Virus record (IMG/VR): IMGVR_UViG_3300045988_110023
Coordinates: 26,739 to 90,738 of that record
From: a virus
Reading direction: 5' to 3' (one strand)
DNA: 64,000 nt
Every line of letters starts with the position of its first letter. Position 1 is the first letter of the stretch. The translations under genes were made by a program, and so were the position numbers. The notes beneath the pieces are model-generated. The model was not told the origin of the DNA. It ran no database searches and saw only the letters and a list, made by a program, of their open reading frames with translations. Shown here piece after piece: positions 28,794 through 38,094 of this stretch.

Positions 28794-29261
28794 CTAGAAG
28801 GGAAGGTCATCATAGTTCCCTCGTTGCTGTGCTTGCTGCTGTGCAGACTGCTGTTCAGGTGGAAACAGATTTTGCTGATTCGTCGGGTTTGCCACGCCAG
28901 CATCATTAGCAGAACTTGCCATAGCTTGTTGTGCTGCTTGTGCGCTAGACTGTGCATTGCCGCTAAAGCCACCACCTTGTGCGGCAGCTTGTTGTGACAC
29001 CTTAGTAACATTCCAGGCACGGATGCTGTTGAACCAACGGCCCTGATACTCGTGAGCATCAATATCAAAGCTAACGTTAATAACCTCACCACTATGAATG
29101 TTGAACTGAGCCAGACGGTCTGCTCCGAAAACATCAAAGGCCATCTTCTTAGGATATTGCTCTTGTGTTTCTATTACATAAGTCTGGGACTTCCACTCAC
29201 CTCTTGCAGAGACGCCGCTTCTTTCAGGTAAAACGGCAATAACTTTTCCTTGAATTTCCAT
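28794..29261 (-). CDS. ssb: Single-stranded DNA-binding protein (DUF3127-type OB fold with an acidic tail)
   Basis: The N-terminal MEIQGKVIAVLPERSGVSARGEWKSQTYVIET... fits the Bacteroidota DUF3127 pattern. A Q/A-rich linker and the C-terminal DDLPF are typical of an SSB tail. Confidence 0.7.
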   Translation of the reverse strand: MEIQGKVIAVLPERSGVSARGEWKSQTYVIETQEQYPKKMAFDVFGADRLAQFNIHSGEVINVSFDIDAHEYQGRWFNSIRAWNVTKVSQQAAAQGGGFSGNAQSSAQAAQQAMASSANDAGVANPTNQQNLFPPEQQSAQQQAQQRGNYDDLPF

Positions 29262-30661
29262 TATTTTTTATTTAAAGAATTTTGTAAAACCAAATCTGCC
29301 AACTCATCAAAGTAGGCTGCATCCTTGATAGCGGAGTCCTGTTCGCCTGTAACCTTTGATGCTATTGAGCCTTTCTGCATAATCAAGCTATAAAGATAGC
29401 CGTCGATGGTATTTGCACCCATGAGAATCCACGATGTAACCGCATTCTTCTGACCGTTACGATAGGCACGGCATTCACACTGCGACAAGTCCGCCATCGT
29501 CCATGGGAGCTCGACGAACACCACATTGGAAGAAGCCGTAAGCGTAAGGCCTACGCCTGCTGCCTTGATGGAGCAGATGATGATTCTCTTTTTCCTATCC
29601 TGAAAAGAATCGATAGCCCACTGCTTCTGCTGCTGGCTATCGGAACCGGTTACGGTGCAAACCTCATCCGGGAACTCTTTCTTGATTGCACTAACGACAT
29701 CACGATGCTCGGCAAATACGATTATCTGTTCTTCGGTATCATGGAGAAACTCTATAGTCGCCTTCATCTTCCCTCGCCCAGATATCGAGCGAAGGTTCAT
29801 AAACCTGACAAGAGCCTTCATTCTAAGCTTTTTCCTAGCCTCTTCCTCGGAGCAGCTCTTGTATTCGAGAAGGAACGTGAGCAGGTCTTTCTGACAGGTA
29901 TCGTACTCTTCCTGCGTTTCAGGGTCGAGGGCGACACTGATGGTCGTTCTGGTCAGATCCGGCAAATCCTTAAGAACATCTTTCTTTTCTCTGCGGAAGT
30001 AGCATGTTTCGTGTATCTTCCGGTTAAGCTCTTCAAGATTCTCGTTCTCACCGTACCTGTTACAAAACTCGCCAAACCCTCCGAACTCGTCGTTCAGACG
30101 ACCGAGGATAGCAAGCTGGCAGGCCAGGTCTGTTGCGTGATTGACAACGGGCGTACCTGTAAGCTCATAGATATACTCCTTACCCTGGCACAGTCCCATG
30201 ATAATTTTAGACTGCCTTGTTGATGGATCCTTGACTCTTGCAGACTCGTCTATAATCACAGACTTGATAATCTTCAGTTCATCACGAAACAGGAAGTTTT
30301 TCAGCCGTAACGGTTTCGGACCGAGGCTTACGACGAAGTATTTTGCGAGCGACTCGTAATTACATATCACTACATCATACAGGTTCATCTTAGTAAGATG
30401 ATATCCGTATGTCGCATTGACGGAATCGGTAAGAATGAGAGGCCGGAGGTTCGTAAACTTCTTTATCTCTCGTTCCCAATTAACCTTAAGTGCAGCAGGG
30501 CAAACAACAAGGCAGGGAGTTGCCTTTGCACGTTCAATGGCGACGATAGACTGAACCGTCTTACCGGTTCCCATGTCATCACCATTGATACAGCGCTTCA
30601 TGGCAAGCTCCATGCGCACACCTTCTTCTTGATAATCGTATAATTTCGGTTTATCTGACAT
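29261..30661 (-). CDS. SNF2-family DNA helicase/translocase
   Basis: Motifs DMGTGKTVQS (I), VIIDESARVKD (II), LTGTPVVN (III) and AGGVGLTLTASSNVVFVELPW...QCECRAYRNGQ (V/VI). Confidence 0.9.
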   Translation of the reverse strand: MSDKPKLYDYQEEGVRMELAMKRCINGDDMGTGKTVQSIVAIERAKATPCLVVCPAALKVNWEREIKKFTNLRPLILTDSVNATYGYHLTKMNLYDVVICNYESLAKYFVVSLGPKPLRLKNFLFRDELKIIKSVIIDESARVKDPSTRQSKIIMGLCQGKEYIYELTGTPVVNHATDLACQLAILGRLNDEFGGFGEFCNRYGENENLEELNRKIHETCYFRREKKDVLKDLPDLTRTTISVALDPETQEEYDTCQKDLLTFLLEYKSCSEEEARKKLRMKALVRFMNLRSISGRGKMKATIEFLHDTEEQIIVFAEHRDVVSAIKKEFPDEVCTVTGSDSQQQKQWAIDSFQDRKKRIIICSIKAAGVGLTLTASSNVVFVELPWTMADLSQCECRAYRNGQKNAVTSWILMGANTIDGYLYSLIMQKGSIASKVTGEQDSAIKDAAYFDELADLVLQNSLNKK

Positions 30662-30670
30662 AATAATAAA

Positions 30671-31351
30671 TTATAATAAACACCACATGCGGAAAGCCCA
30701 TTCAAGAGCCTTCTCCCTACCACGCAAATACAACTCGTCACCACGTTCAATCTTCTTATAGAATACTTTCTTCTTGGTCTTGGAGACCGCAAAGATAAAG
30801 TCCATGTTTCCGTATCTTGGGTCTAAACTGTGCGTAAGATCCATATACCATGCACGGCTTCTATCCCAATCGACGAAATCAATCTGAGCCTCAAATTGCT
30901 CCTGTGACGTAGCTGCGGTGGTTTTCAAATCACCGCCGAACTCGCCGAGCCACCAGTCGAACTTGCAGCGTACCGGAAGCTCGAACTCGAAGCCCTGGTA
31001 TTCCATCTTCATATGCGGATTGATGAATGTTTTCTGACCGACCGCATTCTTCAGGACGAAATCAAGGAATCTATCTTTGGTTGCCTGTTTCTTCAGAACA
31101 GCAAGCCGGTCTAGACCCCATTTCCAATCCTTCTCCGTATATTTCTCGTCATCGACCGTCATGGCGTAATGATTGCACTTTTCCGGTTCGGTAACGAGAG
31201 CGTCAACGAGAGTTCCGAGATGGAAAGCCTTTCTCTTGTCCTCTTCCTTTACGAAGTTGAGCTGCGGGTTCAGGGCAAATTTCAACGCAGTGAGGTCCGA
31301 ATTGGAGACCTCACCACGAGAATAATAAGGGTCAAACGGTTGTTCTGCCAT
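30671..31351 (-). CDS. PD-(D/E)XK-type exonuclease (RecE/YqaJ-like partner of the annealase)
   Basis: GTLVDALV...KFDWW...GGDLKTTAATS is a D...D/ExK-like arrangement. It lies two genes from the RecT-like gene. Confidence 0.55.
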   Translation of the reverse strand: MAEQPFDPYYSRGEVSNSDLTALKFALNPQLNFVKEEDKRKAFHLGTLVDALVTEPEKCNHYAMTVDDEKYTEKDWKWGLDRLAVLKKQATKDRFLDFVLKNAVGQKTFINPHMKMEYQGFEFELPVRCKFDWWLGEFGGDLKTTAATSQEQFEAQIDFVDWDRSRAWYMDLTHSLDPRYGNMDFIFAVSKTKKKVFYKKIERGDELYLRGREKALEWAFRMWCLL

Positions 31352-31352
31352 A

Positions 31353-32822
31353 TTACTTAGCCGTCACCTCATCCTCATATTTAATATAAGGAGAAACAAT
31401 ATACTCTTCTTCGCTGTTTGCGTGTTTCTCGCAAGCCTTGCGCATGAATTCCAACTTAGAAGCAAGTTTGTCAGGAGCCATCTTGGAGCCTTCAATCGTC
31501 CACCACTGCTGGATGATGTCGAGCCAGGCATTCTTGTCGGTAACAACAAGGCGTTTTGTTACCTTGATTTTCTGCTTACCGGTTTCTCCAACGGAAGTCT
31601 GAGCGAAGAGTGACTGGGCCTGTGCGGTAGCGTGCTGGGCTGCATTTTCTGCATCACGCTTCTCCTGCTCAGCCGCAAGCTTTCTCTGCTGCTCTTCCTT
31701 AGCAGCCTCATCAGCCTTACGGATAGCCTCTTCCTTAGCCTTACGTTCAGCCTCAGCAGCGGCAGCTTCTGCTTCCTTACGTTTGCACTCTTCCTCAGCA
31801 GCCTTCAGCTCGGCTTCCTTTGCCTTGCGTTCAGCCTCGGCAGCTTTCCGCTCTGCCTCCTTGCGCTTGCGCTCCTCCTCGTCCTTGATACGCTGAATCT
31901 CCTCCTGCTTCTTGCGCTCTTCCTCAGCAGCCTTACGTGCTTCCTCCTCTTTGCGCTTACGCTCCTCTTCAGCCTTGCGAGCTTCTTCTTCCTTACGTTT
32001 GCGTTCCTCTTCTGCCTTCTTGATTTCAAGAAGTTCAGCAATCTTAGAATCAAACTTCATAAGAAGCTCATCACGGGTAGCATTAACGGTCTGCATATAA
32101 GATGCAAGAAGAGAAGCGGAAACCTCCTTGTAGGCTCCATTCATAATCTCCTTGGCATCATTCTCATCAATTTCAGAAGAGTATGAAGGCTTGTTATTAA
32201 CGAACAGATGTCCGAGGTCAAGAACATCAGAACACTCTGTAATACGTTTCTTAACTTCATCCTTGTTGTCAAGGGTGAGAAGAGAGAACGTGTTATTAAG
32301 TGAGTTGATAGCAGCAGAAGAATGCTCTGTAAGGAGATTGTTCAAGATATCAATCGTATCAGTCTTCAACTTAATCTTGGCCTCCTTGATGCGCTCCTGG
32401 CGCAGACGTTCCTGCTCAGCCTTACGCTGCTGTTCAAGCTTGTATGCCGCATACTCGTTGCGCTTCTCCTGAATCTTATAGACAACAGAATCGGTGTTCT
32501 TGATAGAGATAAGGTTCTCCATCATAGTAAAACCCTTACGGACAATATCGAACACTTGGGTAACACCCTTACGTTTCTCCGTCATTGCTTTCTCTGTCAG
32601 TTTAGCTTTCTTGATAAACTCAGCGGCTCTCTCGTCAAGAGCATCGTTCATTCCGGATACGCCAATATCAAACAACAGAGACTCACCTGCATTCACGCAT
32701 GCCTCATAAGATTTCCTGTTGGCTTGCACCGCATTTTCCGTATCAGATTTTAGCGTTGCAATCTGTCTTGTAATATTGTTGGCTTGTTGTTGTACCAACT
32801 GCAATTCTGTATTTTCTGCCAT
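31353..32822 (-). CDS. Hypothetical protein with a long K/E/A-rich repeat region
   Basis: ATG at 32822 (the track start at 32831 is TTG). The central part is EERKRKEEEARKAEEERKRKEEEARKAAEEERKKQEE... Overlapping ORFs in other frames are artefacts of the repeat. Confidence 0.7.
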   Translation of the reverse strand: MAENTELQLVQQQANNITRQIATLKSDTENAVQANRKSYEACVNAGESLLFDIGVSGMNDALDERAAEFIKKAKLTEKAMTEKRKGVTQVFDIVRKGFTMMENLISIKNTDSVVYKIQEKRNEYAAYKLEQQRKAEQERLRQERIKEAKIKLKTDTIDILNNLLTEHSSAAINSLNNTFSLLTLDNKDEVKKRITECSDVLDLGHLFVNNKPSYSSEIDENDAKEIMNGAYKEVSASLLASYMQTVNATRDELLMKFDSKIAELLEIKKAEEERKRKEEEARKAEEERKRKEEEARKAAEEERKKQEEIQRIKDEEERKRKEAERKAAEAERKAKEAELKAAEEECKRKEAEAAAAEAERKAKEEAIRKADEAAKEEQQRKLAAEQEKRDAENAAQHATAQAQSLFAQTSVGETGKQKIKVTKRLVVTDKNAWLDIIQQWWTIEGSKMAPDKLASKLEFMRKACEKHANSEEEYIVSPYIKYEDEVTAK

Positions 32823-32833
32823 ATATAACAATT

Positions 32834-33718
32834 TTAAAATGGTGAATCACTATCAACCTTTACCTTTACACCTTTATCTTCCGGTGCGGCATCACCAGTA
32901 CCAAAGGCTTCCTGAGTCGGTTTCTGCTGAGTCTGCATGTCGATATCGGCCTGCAAAAGAGCGCCCAGACCAACCTTCAGTTTAGGATAGCCCTTGAACG
33001 CATGCTTGCATGTCTTCGAGATAAGGAAGCCTGTGTCGATATCTCTGAAATACGTTCTACCATCGTTCCCGACATAGTTTCCGCCGTAAAGAGCGTTGGC
33101 TTTGTGGTCTTTACCTCCGAACTTCTCCGAATACGTACGGAGACGGTCGATACCTTCGCGGTCAAGAACGAAGTAATCGTAGGCATTGTTCGGAAGAATA
33201 ATCTTCACGTAACAAGCAACGATGTATGAATTTTCAGGTCGAGGATAAGTCTTTGCGTAATCAACGTACTTATGACCGTCTCGTTCACCGAAACGAAAAT
33301 CGTCACAATTGTAAACTACTACAGGATTGTCACAACGAACAATCTGACCGGCTCGCTGGCGAAGAAGGATTTCTCCATATCCAGTATATGTGATCTTGGC
33401 CGTATAATTCGTTTGTCGGGTATTCTTGTCGTAGTTACTGTAGCCCATGAGGTAACAGAGTGTCGTAGTTCCCTTTTCGAGAGACAAACCGTTAATTGCC
33501 AGGTTCATGAAGGCATCATGAATATTCAGTGATGGAGCCTTTTCAAGATAGCCCTTGAACGAGCCATTGAGAAGTTCTTCGTTGAAGAATGCCTTCTGCT
33601 CTTCGAAGAATACTTCTCCGCCCTCTCCGAACTTCTGATTGTACACCTCGATGAATCTGTCTCTTGCCAAATCGCAAATCTGATTATGAGGCGTTTTGTT
33701 TAACTGCTCTATATCCAT
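32834..33718 (-). CDS. RecT-like single-strand annealing protein (tentative)
   Basis: 294 aa. AINGLSLEK...CYLMGY, TGYGEILLRQRAGQIV and VVVYNCDDFRF follow the RecT family pattern (GYxG, VVYxxDxF). Confidence 0.55.
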   Translation of the reverse strand: MDIEQLNKTPHNQICDLARDRFIEVYNQKFGEGGEVFFEEQKAFFNEELLNGSFKGYLEKAPSLNIHDAFMNLAINGLSLEKGTTTLCYLMGYSNYDKNTRQTNYTAKITYTGYGEILLRQRAGQIVRCDNPVVVYNCDDFRFGERDGHKYVDYAKTYPRPENSYIVACYVKIILPNNAYDYFVLDREGIDRLRTYSEKFGGKDHKANALYGGNYVGNDGRTYFRDIDTGFLISKTCKHAFKGYPKLKVGLGALLQADIDMQTQQKPTQEAFGTGDAAPEDKGVKVKVDSDSPF

Positions 33719-33735
33719 TTGTATAGATTTTGAAA

Positions 33736-33999
33736 TTAATGAACTCTATCTAAATATCTGAAGTAAGTTTCCACCGTCACGCTTTCGCCCTTTTCATTAA
33801 GGCGTTCATAATGAAGTGGAACCTTACCGAGTTTTCTACCCTCACCTTCAATGTAGTTGAGGTATGCCGCCTTTCGGGCCAGCTGTACCGACTTGCTTCG
33901 TGGAAGTTCCATGATGCACGCATGCACCTTACGCAAGTCAAGTACAGCAAAGGCCATCTTGGCGGGCATTTTTGCTATTCTGTTATCCATTTCTGTCAT
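33736..33999 (-). CDS. Hypothetical protein
   Basis: 87-aa ORF. Confidence 0.6.
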   Translation of the reverse strand: MTEMDNRIAKMPAKMAFAVLDLRKVHACIMELPRSKSVQLARKAAYLNYIEGEGRKLGKVPLHYERLNEKGESVTVETYFRYLDRVH

Positions 34000-34745
34000 T
34001 ACACTTCCATAATAGGAATCTCAGGACAGAGCTTACGAATCTTGTCAAGCTCCGTATTGATGATCTTGTCGCGGGATTCTTCGATGATACATTCTGCATC
34101 AGCAGAGATAAGCGTCAGTAATGCCATGTTGCCTTCGACGTGAGCGATAGTCTCGATTGAAAGCTTCTCAGGCTCTGCGCCCTTGAAAATAGGAATATTG
34201 ATGGTGAACGATGGAGGAAGATTAGAGTCTACAGCCTTCTCATAGTTGTCAGTCACGGAACCATTGTCGCTGTATTCCTTCTTGATTGTTGTCTGAACCT
34301 TCGCCGAGAAGCTCTTGAGGAGATTGACGAGTTCCATGTTCTTCTCCTTCGTCTCGAAGAAAGAACGGTTGAGTCGGAAAAAGTCACCAAGCTGTACCGG
34401 TTTCCACAACTGACCGTCATTGATATGAAATCCCGTAAACTGACGAGACAGCTGAATAGAGCCGATAATTGTCTGTGTAGTGCGCTCATCATTCTCGTTT
34501 GTAACAAGAGTAACAACGAGCTTCTCTCGATTAACCAGGATATGCGTATGCTCTTTGTCAATCTGCTCTGTACCCCAACGCTTCTCAAGAAAGGCATAGA
34601 TACAGGTAATAACACCGTCTACCTGAAGATTAAGAGGCTCCTTTGCAGGAAGCTTATAAGGGTTCTCGTTACCTACCTCACGGAGAACAATCTCCGCATG
34701 ATCCTGTCCAGGAGCGAGGTCTATCTGCAATTTTTCATTGTTCAT
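33999..34745 (-). CDS. Hypothetical protein
   Basis: 248-aa ORF. Confidence 0.7.
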   Translation of the reverse strand: MNNEKLQIDLAPGQDHAEIVLREVGNENPYKLPAKEPLNLQVDGVITCIYAFLEKRWGTEQIDKEHTHILVNREKLVVTLVTNENDERTTQTIIGSIQLSRQFTGFHINDGQLWKPVQLGDFFRLNRSFFETKEKNMELVNLLKSFSAKVQTTIKKEYSDNGSVTDNYEKAVDSNLPPSFTINIPIFKGAEPEKLSIETIAHVEGNMALLTLISADAECIIEESRDKIINTELDKIRKLCPEIPIMEV

Positions 34746-34787
34746 TTTACAAAATATTTTAGAATTTAGAAACTATGTGAAAGCAGA

Positions 34788-35237
34788 CTACATAGCCTGC
34801 TGATCACGGTTAATTGAGTATACATTGCTAGGGAGTTCGTCACGTGTTGCCGGACGGGAAGAAACAAGATTACCCTCCTTGTCATAGAAGGCAGTCATCT
34901 TTGCTTCACGGTCAACAAACTTGTAAACCTTCTCGTTAACCATGCTACCCTTCTGCTTGATTTCCTTAAGGAGAGAAGAAATCTCTTCCTTGATAGGCTT
35001 CAGCTCTGCCTTTTTCTGCTCACGGAAATCCTTGATTTCCTCCTCGATGTCAGATGCTCGTGCAGACTGAAGAGCGAACAGGTCCTTCTTCTTCATCAGC
35101 TCATCAGAGTTGAATCGCTTGATGAACTCCATTTTCTCAACAGAGTCCGCGTTGTTGGCGAGGAAATCCTCACGCTCCTCCAGGTCCTCATACTCATGAC
35201 CGAGGGTTGCTGAAATAGTTGCTTTTTCTTTTGCCAT
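34788..35237 (-). CDS. Hypothetical protein
   Basis: 149-aa ORF. Confidence 0.7.
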   Translation of the reverse strand: MAKEKATISATLGHEYEDLEEREDFLANNADSVEKMEFIKRFNSDELMKKKDLFALQSARASDIEEEIKDFREQKKAELKPIKEEISSLLKEIKQKGSMVNEKVYKFVDREAKMTAFYDKEGNLVSSRPATRDELPSNVYSINRDQQAM

Positions 35238-35250
35238 TGTGTTATATGAA

Positions 35251-35460
35251 TTAATGTGTTAATACTCGGCGCCAGCGTCCACGCTTAAATTTCTTGTCCG
35301 CGTGAATTCCGAACAATTCCGGTGTTGTTACGCCATTCATCATAGGAAGCACATTGCCCTTCTGCAAAATACTTTCGAAATGAGAAGAAGTGACAGGAGC
35401 GTGGCAGATGATGTTCTTCTTGACATCATACAGGTTGCCGTACTTTGATACTACGCCCAT
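35251..35460 (-). CDS. Hypothetical protein
   Basis: 69-aa ORF. Confidence 0.55.
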   Translation of the reverse strand: MGVVSKYGNLYDVKKNIICHAPVTSSHFESILQKGNVLPMMNGVTTPELFGIHADKKFKRGRWRRVLTH

Positions 35461-35855
35461 TACACGTCCTCCTCCATTATTTTCAACAACTCACGGAAAC
35501 CTTCAGCGCCATGCACCTCTCCGTTTTTCACTTTTTCCTGGAGTTCGTCGAGCTTCTTCATCTTAGCGAGGAAAGAGTTCTTCTTGTCCTCAAGCGAATT
35601 GAGGCGCTTGGTGATTGCCAGTTCCGGGTTATCACTGAGAATGATGTCCAATGCGATGCCGGCGAAAAGGTTCGTATTATTCTCCCTCTTGCCTTCATCA
35701 TCAATCTCGTCGATATCACGAGTAAACTGGTTTTTGCCGTCGATAACCTTCTTGATTTCATTGAACTCAGAAAGATTCTTCGAGATGTCGAATGCTCTGT
35801 CAACAAGAGCCTGCTTGTCAATTACTACACTGACGATAATTTTGTCTTTGTCCAT
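35460..35855 (-). CDS. Hypothetical protein
   Basis: 131-aa ORF. The overlapping alternative-frame ORFs are shorter and compositionally odd. Confidence 0.65.
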   Translation of the reverse strand: MDKDKIIVSVVIDKQALVDRAFDISKNLSEFNEIKKVIDGKNQFTRDIDEIDDEGKRENNTNLFAGIALDIILSDNPELAITKRLNSLEDKKNSFLAKMKKLDELQEKVKNGEVHGAEGFRELLKIMEEDV

Positions 35856-35881
35856 AATTTAAAATATTTAGAATTAAACTA

Positions 35882-35977
35882 CTAGTCTTCCTTATCCCAA
35901 CCAAGGAGATGTGCGACGAATGCGCATGCAGCGAACATAGCTACTGTTGCTATGAGACTATTGATAATAATAACCAT
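35882..35977 (-). CDS. Small single-pass membrane peptide (31 aa), not in the ORF track
   Basis: MVIIINSLIATVAMFAACAFVAHLLGWDKED. Confidence 0.35.
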   Translation of the reverse strand: MVIIINSLIATVAMFAACAFVAHLLGWDKED

Positions 35978-35998
35978 ATCTTCTTGTTTTATACCTTA

Positions 35999-36463
35999 TT
36001 ATATAATATAGCAATCGGACGGTGGATAATCAACGTTTTTCCACTCGTTCTTCTTTATCTTGATAGCCTTACGGAATATTACAACAGACTCGCCGTTATG
36101 ACGTTTCCTATTGTGAGCGATAAGTCTTGCCACCACAGCCTTTGTTGTAATCGAGAACTCTCTGAGCTTTGAGGTATAGAGGCTCTTGACATCACATATC
36201 ACAATCTTCTCGCCTTCCCGGTAAACGAAGTCGGCAGTATAGTTGTGGCCGTAAAGCAATGACCTTCTTTCATACTTGACCTTAGTTTTAAGCTGCTTTG
36301 GTCTCAGCATCCATACAGGCTTAATTGCCGTGATGGTTACCTGTCTGTGAATACAGCTTATATTAGGATCATCGAGGATTGTCTGCAAGTACAGATACTC
36401 CTCTCTTGAATCGTATTCGTTCCCGTCAGGAGCGTAATACTTCTTTGAACCTACGCGTCCCAT
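35999..36463 (-). CDS. DUF1064-like protein (putative PD-(D/E)XK nuclease / resolvase)
   Basis: YDSREEYLYLQ...NYTADFVYREGEKIVICDVKS follows the DUF1064 pattern (YDS.E, Y.aDF.y, DvK). Confidence 0.5.
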   Translation of the reverse strand: MGRVGSKKYYAPDGNEYDSREEYLYLQTILDDPNISCIHRQVTITAIKPVWMLRPKQLKTKVKYERRSLLYGHNYTADFVYREGEKIVICDVKSLYTSKLREFSITTKAVVARLIAHNRKRHNGESVVIFRKAIKIKKNEWKNVDYPPSDCYII

Positions 36464-36714
36464 GTCTTGCCGGCCTCCGCTCCGGGATTTTTGAAAAGCA
36501 GATTGATAGCATCAGAGCCATACCTCTGCCACATTTTGTTACCCCACTGAATAAGATATTCACCCTTTCTGGCTTCAAGTCTACCATCCGTATATTTCGG
36601 TTTAATGCGAGCAGTAATGTCCTTTCCGTTCTGTTCTATGCTTTCAACGCATTCCAGATTCCGAAGAGCATTAATGTTTTCCTTACTGATTCTTATTATG
36701 TTTTTAACTTTCAT
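36451..36714 (-). CDS. Hypothetical protein
   Basis: 87-aa ORF. Confidence 0.6.
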   Translation of the reverse strand: MKVKNIIRISKENINALRNLECVESIEQNGKDITARIKPKYTDGRLEARKGEYLIQWGNKMWQRYGSDAINLLFKNPGAEAGKTWDA

Positions 36715-36884
36715 CTATAGTAAAACCTCTCCGTTTAGCCAACCACGCAAGGCAGGAGAGGTTATTGCACGTGGTTATTCGTGATGTGGAAGAGGCCAAC
36801 GTTAAAGGGAGGAGGGAGAATTGACTCCCTCACTCCCAAAGATAATCAAAAACTGTAAATTTATGGCACTCACACAATTAAGTG

Positions 36885-36956
36885 AGCCACATGCAGGACT
36901 CGAACCTACGACCAACCACCATGTTAGGCTGCTCTGACCAACTGAGCTAATGTGAC
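36885..36956 (-). tRNA. tRNA-like gene with canonical acceptor, D and T arms. The anticodon arm is non-canonical in my hand fold (possible CAU).
   Basis: Minus strand: GTCACAT TA GCTC AGTTGGTCA GAGC ... GTAGG TTCGAGT CCTGC ATGTGGC T. The anticodon region AGCCTAACATGGTGGTT gives either a 9-nt loop or a 7-nt loop AACATGG closed by a T-T mismatch. No U33. Confidence 0.6.
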
Positions 36957-37083
36957 TTGTACCTCCTACTTTCACAAGCAAGAGGATATTAATACTCAAA
37001 TTAAAATATAAATGACTTATAAGAAAAAGTGCCGACCTCTGTCAGCTAACGAAAAAATATTTTTTGAAATTTACCTACTTGGG

Positions 37084-37155
37084 AAGCCCAGGGGAGACTC
37101 CAACTCCCAACCTCGCGGAAAGTACCACGGCTCTATGCAGTTGAGCTACTGGGCG
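37084..37155 (-). tRNA. tRNA-like gene with an atypical anticodon loop (6 nt by hand fold). Isotype undetermined.
   Basis: CGCCCAG TA GCTC AACTGCATA GAGC CGTGG TACTTT CCGCG AGGTT GGGAG TTGGAGT CTCCC CTGGGCT T. There is a 1:72 C-U mismatch. A G-U pair in the anticodon stem supports the minus strand. Confidence 0.5.
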
Positions 37156-37205
37156 ACACATAAGTTAACCAATCAAAATTCTTGAAAAATGAAAGAAAAT
37201 TGTGA

Positions 37206-37275
37206 CGAGAGGATGGATTCGCACCATCGACCTCCAAGGACACTTCCCCTGGCGCTCTACTACTGAGCTACTCTC
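37206..37275 (-). tRNA. tRNA-like gene with a 6-bp anticodon stem and the loop GAAGTGT (no U33). Isotype undetermined.
   Basis: GGGAGAG TA GCTC AGTAGTA GAGC G CCAGGG GAAGTGT CCTTGG AGGTC GATGG TGCGAAT CCATC CTCTCGT. There is a G-G mismatch at 2:71. Ends are approximate. Confidence 0.45.
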
Positions 37276-37396
37276 CCCAGAAATAAAAAATAATTCCTTC
37301 TAAAAGAGATAGACGTACCCTATCTTCCCAGACCAGATACGCAAGAAACAATCTTTTCACATATAAACAATTTAGAGCTTTAAAAATAAACATTTG

Positions 37397-37469
37397 TGGC
37401 AGGTACAGAACTCGAATCTGTGACCTCTAGGTCATGAACCTAGCGAGCTACCAACTGCTCCAACCTGCG
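37397..37469 (-). tRNA. tRNA-Met-type (anticodon CAT)
   Basis: CGCAGGT TG GAGC AGTTGGTA GCTC G CTAGG TTCATGA CCTAG AGGTC ACAGA TTCGAGT TCTGT ACCTGCC A. Canonical 7-nt loop with U33. 1:72 C-C mismatch. No encoded CCA. Confidence 0.8.
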
Positions 37470-38019
37470 ATGTATGCAGCCTATCTTCACAGACGGGCTG
37501 CATTTTTAATTGAATTAATTTGAATATGAAATACAATGAATTACTTTTTGGAGGCTAGGGCTCAACGAAGAACCTCTTGCGATGATAAGATCGGTATCAT
37601 TTTGTTATCGCCGTGCATCAGTTACACTACTAACCTCTTGATTATATTTTATGAATGAGCAATTCTCACTTCATTTGGATTTACCAGACTGCAACGTTTT
37701 CGGCAGTGCTTGCACCGACAATTCTTCGTTCCGGTGTAGTCCGTCTGCTTACTTGATGCAGATTAGCTGGATTTTCGTATGTCGTGCGTCCTTTCGCCAG
37801 GTCACGGCATCCATTGATGCTCTCCAGTTACTTCTTTTACACGCATACTATTTCTGTGCATCAACATGTCAAAGAACTATCTTCCATGTCCGCTCAATGA
37901 AACTCTCATCTGACGCAAGATTGTCGCTGCCCGAACGACCTACTTTATAAGGTATAAGGACTTACCTTTGCGCCGTCAGAGAGGAATTCAACTACTAAAC
38001 GGAACTAAAAAAAAGAGTG

Positions 38020-38094
38020 TGACTGAGGCGAGGCTCAAACTCGCGACCCGGTGATTAGGAATCAACCTGCTCTATTCAACTGAGCTACTCAGTC
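38020..38094 (-). tRNA. tRNA-Arg-type (anticodon CCT)
   Basis: GACTGAG TA GCTC AGTTGAATA GAGC A GG(T)TGA TTCCTAA TCACC GGGTC GCGAG TTTGAGC CTCGC CTCAGTC A. Perfect acceptor stem. One bulged base in the anticodon stem. Confidence 0.75.

Noticed and set aside
28733-29137. 134-aa ORF overlapping the SSB gene, and similar shadow ORFs in the SNF2 gene, the KE-repeat gene and others (29705-30223 +, 31632-32186 +, 31805-32053 -, 32322-32753 +)
   Set aside because: They overlap genes that have clear family motifs or lie in low-complexity repeats. Repeat-driven open frames are expected on both strands.
37651-37950. 99-aa plus-strand ORF inside the tRNA cluster
   Set aside because: It lies on the opposite strand to all neighbours. 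Its composition is Cys/Ser/Leu/Phe-rich and low in complexity. It has no promoter or start context and overlaps hairpins. It is probably non-coding.
37470-38019. tmRNA or intron-containing tRNA in the gap between tRNAs
   Set aside because: I found no tRNA-like acceptor and T-arm pair flanking the region, and no plausible tag-peptide reading frame ending in ...ALAA-type residues. The question is left open only as a generic structured-RNA hypothesis.
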